Of a DNA stretch of 32,821 nt, positions 10,980 to 24,400 are shown piece by piece. The stretch covers positions 900,200-933,020 of the forward strand of contig NW_014577080.1 of the NCBI RefSeq assembly GCF_000485595.1. The letters are read 5' to 3'. Under the pieces are notes generated by a model. The model had not been told where the DNA came from. It was given only the letters and a program-made list of their open reading frames with translations, and ran no database searches. The number at the start of each line of letters is the position of its first letter. Positions within the stretch are counted from its first letter, which is position 1. Made by a program: the position numbers and the translations under genes. This DNA is from Priapulus caudatus (taxonomy: Eukaryota).

Positions 10980-12343
10980 TCAGGTAGATCATCAAGGCTG
11001 CGAACGCAAAATATTTTGGCGTAAATCTTGTTACGCAATCGACGCTTGCTAGTGCATTCAACCAACACACGCCATTTATAAATTTCGTACGCATTCGTGT
11101 ACGCAAGCGAGGCCTTTAGATGCGATTCAGCAAGCAAAATTACGTAACCTTGCNNNNNNNNNNACGCACGCACGTGTACGTGCACACGCACGCACGCACG
11201 TGTACGTGCACACACGCACGTGTACGTGCACACGCACGCACGCACGTGTACGTGCACACACGCACGTGTACGTGCACACACACGCACGCACACGTGCACA
11301 TGCACGCACGCACGCACGTGTACGTGCACACGCACGTGTACGTGCACACGCACGTGTACGAACGCACGCACGTGTACGTGACACGCACGCACACACGCAC
11401 GCACGCACGTGTACGTACACACGCACACACGCACGCACGCACGTGTACGTACACACGCACGCACGCACGCACGTGTACGTACACACGCACACACGCACGC
11501 ACGCACGTGTACGTACACACGCACGCACGCACGTGTACGTGCACACACGCACGTGTACGTGCACACACACGCACGCACACGTGCACATGCACGCACGCAC
11601 GCACGTGTACGTGCACACGCACGCACGCACGTGTACGTGCACACACGCACGTGTACGTGCACACACACGCACGCACACGTGCACATGCACGCACGCACGC
11701 ACGTGTACGTGCACACGCACACACGCACGCACGCACGTGTACGTACACACGCACGCACGCACGTGTACGTGCACACACGCGCGTGTACGTGCACACACAC
11801 GCACGCACACGTGCACATGCACGCACGCACGCACGTGTACGTGCACACGCACGCACGCACGTGTACGTGCACACACACGCACGCACACGTGCACATGCAC
11901 GCACGCACGTACGCACGCACGTGTACGTGCACACGCACACACGCACGCACGCACGTGTACGTACACACGCACGCACGCACGTGTACGTGTCGCTGCTTTC
12001 ATGAGTGTTGAACGCAATCGTATGAACGAAAATGAGGACACTATCACATCCCCCAGCACTCCCGTAGACAAAGCTAGACGAGCCATATGGTTTAAATACA
12101 AGAGAGGCGTCAGTTTGGTTCCTATGGTATGTGTCGCACAGTGTGATTGGTTTATGCTAGGCACGCCCTTCAACAGCCAGCAGTCACGATGGCGTAGTGG
12201 ATTTACACTAGAATTCATCAACATTTGCGTACGCAGGTGCTACGCTGCGTTGATGAATCGCACCTACGAGTTTTGCGTACGTACTTCGTAGAAACTCGGT
12301 GTACGCAATACACTTTACGCAACGTTGATGAATCCGGCCCCTG
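10980..12343. mobile_element. MITE-like element with GATTCATCAA terminal/subterminal inverted motifs (PIF/Harbinger-like) carrying a purine-pyrimidine microsatellite
   Basis: Right end TTGATGAATC at 12250 and 12325 (ending ...CCGGCCCCTG); left end GATTCA(T/C)CAA motifs, best seen in copy 2 at 19162, 19233 and 19309; ~71-76 bp spacing on both sides. TSD not resolved. Confidence 0.5.
11164..11990. repeat. Compound (GCAC)n/GTGTAC alternating purine-pyrimidine microsatellite
   Basis: Almost uninterrupted RY alternation; noisy equivalents at 19567-20572 and ~24945-25810; related tracts at 9320-9910, 17420-18045 and 22020-22590. Confidence 0.95.
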
Positions 12344-12447
12344 CGTAGTGGCCCCTGCGTAGTGGCCGCCCAGGCAGCACGGCACTGCCGTGGCACTATT
12401 TTGAGAAAAAAATTGTGCAGGGAACAACATATACCAAGGAGATGAAA

Positions 12448-12690
12448 CCCCGGGGGGGGCATCACCCCACATTATGGTAGGTATGTGCCACTGCGAAGTC
12501 AAAAATGGGGGGGGGGGACTCTGGAACTAACTCAAACCTTAAAATGGGGGTCTCTGGAACTAATGTTTGTTGAATGTGGTATGCTCTGGAACCGGCTATG
12601 TTCGAAAATGGGAGTCTCCGGAACTAGGATTTCGTTGAAATTCAATGCTATGAAACTGGACACGTTTAAAAAGAGGGGGACTCCGGAACT
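12448..12690. repeat. CCCGGGGGGG-headed segment with six 32-33 bp phased GGAACT units (probable DNA-transposon subterminal region)
   Basis: GGAAC(T/C) or GAAACT at 12523, 12556, 12588, 12620, 12652 and 12685; consensus AAAATGGGGGTCTCYGGAACT. Confidence 0.6.
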
Positions 12691-13044
12691 GTGGGGAGAA
12701 CAGTGATTTGCTTTAAAATTTATGCTGTGTAAACACGAATGAGCGTTCATGTAGAAATGATGAAGTAGATCCAAACTTGTGTGAAAAACTGTACAAACTT
12801 TAATATCTTACATACATCATATCTCCTTACACACAGACAAAGACCGCCGCACACGCACGGTCGCGCGTGCGCGTACTCTCGCGACCAGAACCAGAATCCT
12901 CGACTCCTATATCTCTGTCCTATATATTACCCGCCAACCCCCTATACATCTTGAGCGCACATGTCACCCGTTCTCCCAGACCGCGTCCTACCCCCATTTC
13001 ACAATGACCCTCTAATCTGTCTAACCTAACCACGTTTACCATTC

Positions 13045-14414
13045 TCAAATTGAGCTGCCTTGGCGGAGGTCTGCTCTCTCCGAGTCCCGTTCTGCACACA
13101 CATTAACTATATCCAATCCTGATTCCTAGACCCTAGTCACTATCTTGGTAGCGTTGAAGTGTGCCATCGACAGACAAAATACATGATACATATGTGACGT
13201 GTGTATCATGATTTTACATTGACAGTCATTGCTTCGGGCTCAAGATAGTCACGGACACCTGACTAATTAATTTTCCAGGGCACAATTTACTATATTTGAC
13301 AGATACCAGCAATTGATGTGCAACTTGTATTTCAGCTCTATATATTCGTTCCGCCACAAGGCCAATTAGGGTATATGTAATTGTATGTCTGTGACCAACT
13401 GACCATTGATTGAAATACTGGCGTTGGAGATTAAAGACGTGATACATAATTTGCGGTCTGTGGTACAGCAATTCGTTTCCTAACAATCAAAACAAAATTA
13501 TTTTATGATGTCTACAGGTTATCCACAAACGTTCACAAACGCTATGTGTGGAAATCTTTAGATTGCGATGCGCATTCTTACAGCTTATCAATAACAAAGT
13601 AATCGATATGCTCACACAACTTTTCCATTTGAAGAAAGTGTTCTAGACTAATCTAAATATGGTACTTTCAACTTTCAAGTAACTGTTAACCTAACCACAA
13701 GTTTACAATTTCACCAAGAGTCAGAGATGATCAGAAACGCCCAAACATGTACGCTTACAAATCCTGTAAAACCGGTCCTGCACAATCTTATCAGACTCTA
13801 GCACCCCAACCCACCCTGATAAACCAGCCAGCAAACCCTGTAAAACCGGACCGATCGGTAGACTGCACTGCACGATGTTAAGAATGCGCAACATTTTTTA
13901 TAATTTTTATATTTATGACTATTTTTTATTATGCAATTTAGTAACTATTTTATAACTCAGATTGAACCGTTACAGGTAACGACATATACTAATGATAGAC
14001 CTTAGTCATTGTTTATTCTATAAAGATTTCCAACAAATTTATTGTTGTTATTACAAATCAATGTTTACATATTTATTATACATGTTTAAGAAATTGCATG
14101 TAGTAATTATGTAATATATCTTGTTCTTGATCAAGATGTGATAATTCCATAATATATTTACAAGAAAGAATACAAATGTACTGACACAGTGGTGGGAAAT
14201 AATTACTCATCGATTTTTGTGTGTGTGCCAGCACTGTAAAGTGAGTGCTGACATTGTTCACGGAGTGCTGAGTTTCACGAATTCACGGAATTTTCACGGA
14301 TTATTCGGTGAGTTTCACGGTTTGGGTCGTCTAGGAACACTCCCCGGGTATAGGAAATCGCCCTCTGAAAATTGCATCCAGATCGCTTGGGCGGTTTGGC
14401 CGGCCATAGGGTAC
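13045..14414. repeat. Block X, copy 2
   Basis: Colinear with 7382-8716. Confidence 0.9.
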
Positions 14415-15665
14415 CAGTCCGACCAATCAGGGGCCTGCTTAGCAGCGACAAATCAGGGGCCCTCGTAGCAGCTGACAATCCTGGCCTCGTAGCCAGCCGA
14501 CCAATCCTGGGGTGTCGGTAGCAGCGACCAATCATGGACTCCAATTAGGGCGCTTGTTAAGCAGCGCACAATCAGGGGCACCTTCGTAGCAAGCCAACCA
14601 ATCAGGGGCTTCCTAGCCAGCGACAATCAGGGGCATTGAGTCAGCTGACAATTCAGGGCGTCCTAGGCAGCCGATCCAATCATGGACCTCCTAGCACTGA
14701 CAATCAGGCGGCTCTCTTGCAGCCAACCAATCAGGGGCCTGCGCTAGCAGCCGACCAATTCTGGCCGTCAGTAGCAGCTGCACCAATCAGGGCCTCGTAA
14801 CGCAGTCCGAACCAATCTTGGCTCTGTAGCCTAGCCGACCAATCCTGGGGTGTCCTAGCGCGCCGACCAATCATGGACCTCAATCAGTGGGCATTTAGCA
14901 GCGACCAATCAGGGGCGTCAGCAGCCGACCATATCAGGGCGACTCCTAGCCACCTGGCCAATCAGCGGGTCCTCGTAGTAGCCAAACCTAATCAGCGGCG
15001 CCTATCTTAGCCAGGCGCACCAATCAGGGGCCTCGTAGCAGCTGGACCAATCAGGGGCCTCGTAGCAGCCGACCAATCAGGGCGTCTCGTAGCAGCCGAC
15101 CAATCCTGGCGCCTCTAGCAGCCGACAAATTCAGCGGGCCTCCGTAGCACGACCAATCAGGGGCCTTACTTAGCAGCCGGACCAATCAGGGCCCTCGTAA
15201 CAGCCGACCAATCAGGGGCCTGTAGCCAGGCCGACCATCAGGCGCCTTGTAGCAGCTGTACAATCAGCTGCGGCCTCGTGTGCTGCCGACAATCAGGGGC
15301 CTCGTAGCATTCCGACCAATCAGGCGGCCTCGTAGCAGCCGACCAAGCATGGGGCCTCGTAGCAGCCGACCAATCCTGCGGCCCGTAGCAGGCCGACAAA
15401 TCAGGAGCCTCCTAGCAGCGACCAATCAGGGGCCTCTTAGCAGGACCAATCAGGGGCCTCGTAGCCGGCTAGCGACCAATCAGGGCCTCGTAGCAGCCGA
15501 CCAATCTCAGTGCGCCTTGTAGCAGTCTGACCAATCAGGGCGCCTCGTAGGCTGCGACTCAATCAGGGCCTTCGTAGCATCGACCAATCTAGGGCCTTCG
15601 CAGTAGTAGCAGCCGACAAGCAGCAGGGCCTTGTAGCAGCGGACAATCTATCAGCCTCCTAGCAA
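14415..15665. repeat. 26-bp minisatellite, consensus CCTCGTAGCAGCCGACCAATCAGGGG, roughly 45 copies
   Basis: Head-to-tail units without unique spacers; frequent 1-bp indels. Confidence 0.92.
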
Positions 15666-15767
15666 TCACGCGGTTCAATCAACCATCTCAGATCTTTTTA
15701 ACAATCATTTGTTCAGTGAATTGAATCTTTTAACATTCACTGAATCACTTATTACACTTATATTATA

Positions 15768-16863
15768 CTAGGCTGCGGGTACCGCTGCAGCTGACGGTAA
15801 ATTTGTTGTGCTTACTAATTCATACTACTAATAATGAGGACACAAAATAAGGAACATTGGGTAAAAATTCGACAATATACATTGCACACATATGAATATT
15901 TACAAATCAGTCTAATACGCATATATACAGCATGCCGGGAAAATCTGTTATGTATGACATTTTCATTCATGACTAGCACAATCCAACTTTAGAACCTCCT
16001 GAGACATAATCAGTAATATGGTGGTAAATGACAAAAAAGCTTATATATAAACAGCTATGTACGAATATGGCAGTTGCAACTTTTCATTTCAAAGTCTCTT
16101 GATAAACAATGCTTTTTCGTCTTATTCTCTGCGTGCAAAATATATAAGAGCATTTCCTTGGGCGCCTCTCCAACTTTGAGCTCCCACGTACAGCTATCCA
16201 TTGGTCAGAATTCGCTACCATGAATAAAAGAAATTCCATTATAGTATAGTCAGAGACAGGCCCAACGAGTCCTGTGTGCACTGAATATGTTGTCTAAGTG
16301 AATCGCTTGGCGCGAAACCATGCAGCATTGAAATTAAGAAATTTTTCTACCTGAATCAGCAAAATGCATAGCTTTTCGAATCGGTACAATGCATTCTGCA
16401 GATAGTAACTTAATAGCCAGAGTAGATTCTTGATATCTCAACTCAACCTCTCTACTCAGTGAGTAGCTACCTCTCAACTAGCGTTGCTTGCTCTGTTTTA
16501 GTTATTGTTTCGCCGCTTTCTTTTTTTTTTTTTTTTTTTTTTTTTGTTTTTTACAAATACCAGCAGCTGCATGCAGGTGCACGGAAATAAATAGCTCATC
16601 GATTTTTGTTGTGTGTGGGCAGCACACTGTACCAGTGCAGTGCTGACATTGCTTCACGGTCAGTGTTGAGTTCACGAATTCACCCGGAATTTTCACGGAT
16701 TATTCGGTGAAGTTTCACGGTTTGGGTCGTCTAGGAACACTCCCCGGGATATAGGAAATCGCCCTCTGAAATTGCCATCCAGCATCGCTTGGTGCGCGTT
16801 TGGCCGGCCATAGGGTACGATACATACATACATACATACATACGAACTCAAATATAGATTAGA
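15768..16863 (-). mobile_element. Non-autonomous Helitron-like element (~1.1 kb)
   Basis: On the minus strand: A|TC start at 16863 followed by (GTAT)n; CTAG|T end at 15771-15768, preceded by an imperfect hairpin TACCG-CTGCAGCTGA-CGGTA (15780-15799); A^T insertion site. Confidence 0.55.
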
Positions 16864-19800
16864 TTATATATATTATATATTATATTATATTTTATATATT
16901 ATTATATTCTTCTTCCTTTTATAATCATTATTAAACTTATCATTACCACTACCTTACCTAACACTTACCTTACCTACCTTACTTGGCTTCACACAATTAC
17001 CTAACGTTTTTTCCTACTTATATAACCGGAGTAGGGCTCACGAAAAACTATAATAAAACTGAAATAACCCTAATTACCTCAATGACCACGCCCAACCACA
17101 TGCCACTCACGCATGTTTACTCGGTTGTACGATGGCCCCGCAAATCCCATTGGTTGCCATTACAAATCACGCTGCTCAAACTCGCTCAATGAGCCCAGTG
17201 TATTCAAGGCACATCCATAACACAAAACCCCAATGCCTCGATAGCTGAACGCCAATAGACAGAGACGACAACTGCTGAAATGTCGTTGCGTGTTGGATCG
17301 AATTTACCCGTCGTGGTTTTTCTTTAATTATTTTCTTTGTTTTCTGTATTTTTCTTTTATCCATTATTACGGTTCAGGTAGCAGCGCAGATGCCCGTGAT
17401 ATTGTTCGATACAAGCGCTTACGCACGCACGTGTACGTACGCCACGCACGCACGCACGTTGTACGTGCACACACACACTCATGCACGCCACGCATGCCAC
17501 GCACGTGTACGTTCGCACGCACGCCACGCACGCCACGCACGCACGCACTGCACGCACGTCTACGGCTCATCATGCATGCACGCACGCACGCACGTGTACT
17601 ACACACACACGAACGGGTTACGCACGCATACATGCACACACGTGTCACCTGCCGACGCCACGCGACGCACATGCACGCCACAAAACGTGTACCTTCACAC
17701 GCGCGCACGCCACGCACGTGTACGCTGCAACAACACACGCGCACGCCACGCACGCATGCACTGCACCGCGCACGTGTAAGTTCACACTTCACGCACAACG
17801 CACATGTACGTACGCACGCTCGGCACGCACGTGTACGTGCCATCACGCACGCACCACACTATGCACGCCACGGTGTACGTGCGCACGCAACGTATACATG
17901 CACATGCACACGAGCGCACGGACGCCACGCACGCACGCCACGTGTACTGTGCACACTACACGGACGCACGCAACGCCACGATGTACGTGCCACGCACACG
18001 GACGCACGCACTGCACGTGTACGTGCCACACGTACGCACACACTCATGGGATTGGCAGCTATACAGGCACAGCTGTATATTTCGCCCGTTTTCGCTATTG
18101 ACGGAGCGTTCTCAGCTGATTCTCATGCAATAGCGATGTTTCATGCTGTAGCGAATTACTTCAACCTTGAAGACGTACGGCTTCGTAGCCACGTGGCGCT
18201 AGCAGCAGATTGGAAAGGAAAGCCTTGCTGCCACCACCCTTGACCTATAGTTTAATTGGATCTGTCACCTGCCAGGTCACACGTGGGGTCACATGATCTG
18301 TAACCACGCTGGTGTCCACGGCTGTATATAAGCTGCGGCGTCCAGCTCCAAAAGCTACACAGAGCCAGCTTGGCTCAGTCAGGGTAAGCTCGCACCCTCC
18401 CACTGCTCTCTAGCTGATTGCGGCTTGTCGCCCTGCTAGCTGACCTGTAGCGTGTACGGAGACTCGTCGGAAGTCTACGCAAGGATACACAGCTCAGGAC
18501 GATGATCACGCCGCTTGCTGCCCCTCTTCTGACGCAAGGATACACAGCGCGGAGCCAGCTCGGCTCAGTCAGAAGCTCGCTGCCTCGCGCACGCTACGCA
18601 CGTGTAAGTTCGCACGCACGCATGCACGCACAATGTACGTCCGCACCGCACGCACGCACGCACGCACGCACGCCCAGCACGCACGTGTACGTGCACTACA
18701 TAAACAGCGCCTTTCTATCAGAACATGTGGTCATTCATCTGTAAATGTCAAGCCGCACGCTTTGCTTCTGCCAACCACAACACATTAACAAATACACGTT
18801 ACCTGATCTATGACGTCACGTGAAACATCCGCCTATTAGGCTTGCGCTATGTGTGTGCATATGTTGCTAGTGAATTAGACCCGCTAAAATTCGAGACTGT
18901 TCGCTGCAGCAAATTGATCCGTGCGCCGGCCTTTCGATTTGCTCGCGCACGAATCAGAAGCTGCCAGCGTCGTGATACTTTCGTAGGACGCTTCCCGCGG
19001 TCGCGCGCCACCTTGCCGCGGAAAACTGCGCGCAAATTCGCCGCTTAGCGGCAGGATCAACACCTCTCAGCGACGCCTCTCTGGTATCCGCGTCTCTCAT
19101 CTGGTCTTGTGCGTAGGCATGCAGACTCGGCGACGCATGCACTGTATACACATCAGGCGGTGATTCATCAAGCTGCGAACCGCAAAATATTTTGCGTAAA
19201 TCTTGTGTACGCAATCGACGTTGCTTAGTTGCGATTCACCAACAACAGCCATTTAGTAAATTTCGTACGATTTCGCTGTACGCAAGCGAGGCCGTTTAGC
19301 GTGCCTTAAATTCATCAAGCTAAAATTTACGTAAACCTTTGGCGCTAACTTTACACGAGCTGACGAGGTGCCGTAAACACTCGAAATTTCCGCAGATGTT
19401 TTTCAGCATACGCAAGCATGCATTATTTTATGAGAAAACATTATAAAATTACTACTCAACTAAAAATAAAATAATAATTACCATACTACGCCGACAGGCG
19501 CCGCCTTTACGCCCTTCTTTTGTCATAGCTTGCATTGTTTCGTTATAAGCGAGTTCGTAGTTAGCCGTGTACGCTGCACACGCACGCACGTGTACGTCAC
19601 ACGCACGCACTTGTACGTCACACGCACGCACGTGTACGTGCACCACGCACGCACGTGTACGTGCCCACACGCCACGCACGCACACGCTGCCACAAGCACG
19701 CACCCACGTGTTACGCTACCACGCGCGCCCGTGTACTACACACGCTACGCACCACTGTACGTGCACACGCACGCACGCCACGCACGTGTACGTGCCACAC

Positions 19801-21438
19801 GCACGCACGCACGCACGTGTACGTGCCCCACAGCACTGCACTGCACACGTGCACATGCACACACGTACGCACGCACGTGTACGTGCACACGCACGCACGC
19901 ACTGTGTACGTACACACGCACGCCACGAACGTTACGTGACACACCCGCCACACACGAACGCACGCACGTGTACGTGGCACTACGCACGCACGCACGTGTA
20001 CGTGCACCACACACGCACGCCACACGTGCATAAGCACGCACGCACGCCCGTGTACGTACACACGCACGCACGCACGTGTACGTGCCACACGCCACGTACG
20101 TGTACGTGCACACACACGCACGCACGTGCACATGCACGCACGCACGCGCGCCCGTGTATGTACAAACGCCACGCACGCACGCCACATGTTTACGCTGACA
20201 CGCGCACGCACGCACACGTGCACACGTGTACGTGCACACACACGCACGCACACGTGCACACGCACGCACCGCCACGCACGTGTACGTGCACACGCACGCA
20301 CGCACGTGTACGTACACACGCACGTACGTGCACACGCCCACGCCACGCCGCCCGTGTACGTACACACGCACGCACGCACGTGTACGTGACACGAACGCAC
20401 ACACGCACGCACCGCACGTGTACGTTACACACGCACGCACGTACGTTGTACGTGCACACACGCCACGTGTACGTGCACACACACGCCACGCACACGCTGC
20501 ACCATGCACCACGCACGCTACGCACGCACTGTACGGCACACGCACACCACGCACGCACGCACGTGTACGTGTCCGCTGCTTTCATGAGTTGTGAACGCAA
20601 TCGCTATGAACGAAAATGAGGACACTATCACATCCCCCATAGCACTCCGTAGGACAAAAGCTCAGCACGCAGCCATATGGCTTTAAATACCAAAGAGAGC
20701 GTCAGTTTGTGTTCCATGCGTAGAGTCGCACAGATGCTGATGTCGTTTATGCTAGGCACGCCCTTCCAACCAGCAGCAGCTCACGATGGGCGTAATGGAT
20801 TTACACTTAGAATTCCATTCAACGATTTCGTACGCAGCCGCTGCCTACGCTCCTTTGAGATCGCCACCTACGGTTTTGCCGTTAACCTTACTTCGTAGAA
20901 ACTCGGTGTACGCAAACACTTTACGCAACGTTGATGAATCCGCCCCTGCCTATGCGCCCCTGTTGGCGTTAGTGCGCGCAGCTCGCCGCACTGTCTCGGC
21001 ACTATTTTTTGATGCAAAAAAATTGTGCAGGAACAACATATACACAGAAGAATGAAACCCGGGGGGTGCACTCCACCCCTACATTATCATGGTACGTATG
21101 TGCCATCTGCGAAGTCAACAAATGGCAAGGGGGGACTCTGGAACTATAACTCCAGACTGAAAATGGGGTCTCGAAACTAATGTTTGTTGAAGTTGTATGC
21201 TCTGGCAAACCGCGCTATGTTCGAAAATGGGAGTCTTCGCGAACTAGGCATGTCGTTGGAATTCAATCCCTATGAAACTGGACACGTTTAAAAAAGCGGG
21301 GACTCCAGGACTGTGGGTCGAGAACAGTGATTGTTAATATTTAATTGCTATTAAACACGAATGAGGCTTCATGTAGAAATGATGAAGTAGATGCCAAACT
21401 TGTGCTGCAAAAACTGTACAACTTTTAAATATCTTACA
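16590..21438. repeat. Block U, copy 2
   Basis: Colinear with 8500-12815; insertion-rich; ends at a 25-N gap (21439-21463). Confidence 0.9.
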
Positions 21439-21463
21439 NNNNNNNNNNNNNNNNNNNNNNNNN

Positions 21464-24400
21464 TAGTGTCGAATAATACATACTACATAATAGAACTCAA
21501 TACTAGATTTGCTTATATTTTATTTTATTATATTTTTTATATTATTTTATAGTTCTTTTCTTTTATAATCATGTATTAAATTATCATTACCACTACCTTC
21601 CTAAACTTACCTTTACTACCGTACTTGGCTTAGACACCAATTACCTACGTTTTTTCCTAACTTATATAACCGGAGTAGGGCTCCTAGCGAAAATATAATA
21701 GACTGAAATAAACCTATTACTCATGCCACGCACCACATTGCCACTCACGATGTTTCCTCGTGACGATAGCGCCTCGCAATCCATTGGTTGATACAAATCA
21801 CGTCAGTGCCTCAGTCATCAATGACGCCCCCAGTGTATTCAAGGCACATCATAACGAACCATTGCTGATTAGCTGACGCATAGGCAGAGACGACCTGCTG
21901 AAATGTCGGTGGATCGAATCCGTCCTGTTTTTTAATTACAGTTTTCTTGTTTTCTGCTATGTTTTATGTTTATCATTTTACGGTTGGTAGCAAGCAGATG
22001 CGTGATTTGTTTGATACAAGGCACGCACGCCGTTGTACGTACGCACGCACGCAGGCACGCCAGCGTGTTACGTTTGCCAGCACCACTATGCACGGCACGC
22101 TGACGCAGTGTACGTGCGCATGCACGACGTGTACGTTGCACGACGCAACGCACGCACCACGCACGACGCGTCTAGGCGTGCACATGCATTGCACGCGACC
22201 AAGCACGTGTCTACCACAACAAGGTCGCACGCGTACATGCCACACGTGTACATGCCACGCGAGCAGCGCACGCACGCACGACGTGCTACCTTACACCGGC
22301 GCGCACGGCCCGCACGTGGTAGTGCACACACAACGAGGCACGCACGCTGCATGCACGTGTATGGTTCACGGCACGCACGAACGCATGTACGGTACGCACG
22401 CTCGCCGCCGTGTACGTGTACCGCACGACACACTCATGACGCACGTGTACGTGCGCACGCACGTATACATGCACATGCACAGAGCGCACGGCCGCACGCA
22501 CACGCACGTGTTACGTGCCAACGACGAGACGCACGCACGTTTACGTGCACGCCCGGGACGCCGCGCGTGATAGTGCACACGCACGCACACACTTCATGTC
22601 CGACACTCATGGGATTTGGGAGCGTATACAGGCCGTGTATATTTCGCCGTTTCGCGTGCTTGACGGAGCAGTTTTCAGTGTTTCATGCGATAAGCGATGT
22701 TTCATGGTGGTAGCGATTATTCACTTGAAGACGTAGGCTTTGTAGCCACGAGGGTGCTAGCAGCAGATTGGAAGGGGAAAGCCTTGCATGCACATTGACT
22801 ATGTTTAATTGGAATGGTCACCTGCCAGAGGTCAACGTGGGGGTCATATGACTGTGACCACGTGGTGTCCCGGCTGTATAGTGCTGGCGGCGTCAGCTCC
22901 AAAGTCACGAGCCAGTTGCTTCAGTCAGGAAGCTCGGCACCTCCATGCTCTTCTAGCTGATGGCGGCCTTGTCCGCTGCTAAGCTTGAATGTAGGAGGTG
23001 TCGCGGAGCTCGGTTTAGAGTTCTATGCAAGGATCATCACTCAGGACTGATCACCGCCGTTGCTGCCCCTTGCCTGACGCAAGGATACACAGCGCCGGAG
23101 CGCTCGGTCGTCACGGGAGTCACTGCTCGCAGAACAAATCAGAAAACGCATCGATTGTAGTATCGTGCAAAACGCACACAGCATGACAACGCAAGCAAAG
23201 TAGATCCGCACCAAGAAACGCAAACGCACGAAAAAACCAGCAACAACGCGCAACCAGCAGCAAGCCAAGATAGTACGAAAATAGAACACACTACAAAAAT
23301 AAAAAGCGCTTTCTTAAACTACCAAGACAAAAATGATAAAAACGAAAAGTAATTCCATAACTAAGATGTAAAATGAATCCAACCAGACAAACAGCCCCGC
23401 TATAATGATATCATAGGACCAACAACAACAAACAAAACACACATTAATAAAAACAATAACAACGTTAACCTCGAAATAAACATCAATACCTAGAAAACGA
23501 ATCACGTGCAAGAACAGAAATAACAACAAAAAAAAAAAAAAAACAAAACCAAAAAAACAAACAAAAACAAAAACCAAAAACAACAACACCCAAAAACATA
23601 AAACCCCAACACAAAACAGCCACACCAACCCAACACCAACAAAAAAAAAACACAAAAAACACACAAAACAACAAACCGAACACACACAAACAAAAAAAGA
23701 ACAACCAAGCAAAACAAAACAAAACAAAAACAGTCACCAACACAACAACACAAAAGAACAAGACAGGCAAAAAAAACACGAAAAACAAACAAAAAACAAA
23801 AAGAAACAGCAAAAAAAAAAACACAACAAAAAACGAGGGCCAAACACAACACACAAAAAAAAAAAAAAATCAAAAAAACAACACAAACACAAAACACAAA
23901 AACCGACAGCAAACGCACACAAAAAAAGACACATAACAAAAAAACTAAATAAATTACAAACAAACAAAACACAAAAAACAACAACAAAAACAACAAACAA
24001 CAAAAACATCATATTAAGGCTTGACAGCATCGATGGGTGCTGTAGAAATAACCATGTATGCTAAAAGGACTCTCAGACCCCAGCTAAAAATTCAGAAAGG
24101 AAACTGTTTCAGAATTAACACAGGCCGACAATTTGATTCGATAAGCCGACCAGAGACCTATTCGATTTTGACGAAAGCAACACAAACCGGATCAGAACAG
24201 CTGCACAGCGCAGTGAATACTTATGTAGGACCGTTCCGCGAGGTCAGGCGCGTGCACACTCCAATTGACGAAAGCTTTGCGGCGCCAGTATATCGCGTCT
24301 ATGCAGAGGAGAACAGCGAATACAACAACCTCTCAAGCGAACACACGCTATCCTCTTGGTATCGGATCTCATCTCTAAGAAGAGTACTTACAACAAAAAC

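Larger units (their letters stand above)
8500..12815. repeat. Block U, copy 1 (copies at 16590-21438 and 21464-26781)
   Basis: Same ordered landmarks in all three copies, e.g. AACC..GTAGGGC, CTAGCAGCAGATTG, GCTAGGCACGCC, GGGGGACTCTGGAACT; contains an N-gap at 11154-11163. Confidence 0.9.

Noticed and set aside
12505..12690. CRISPR-like repeat/spacer pattern
   Set aside because: Variable parts are only ~12 bp, repeats are degenerate, and there is no leader or cas gene.
14415..15665. Possible CRISPR array
   Set aside because: Units are head-to-tail with no unique spacers, there are no cas genes, and the context is eukaryotic.
23130..24030. Phe/Val/Cys-rich membrane-like ORFs on the minus strand
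   Set aside because: A/C low-complexity tract replacing sequence present in the other two block copies; looks like read noise.
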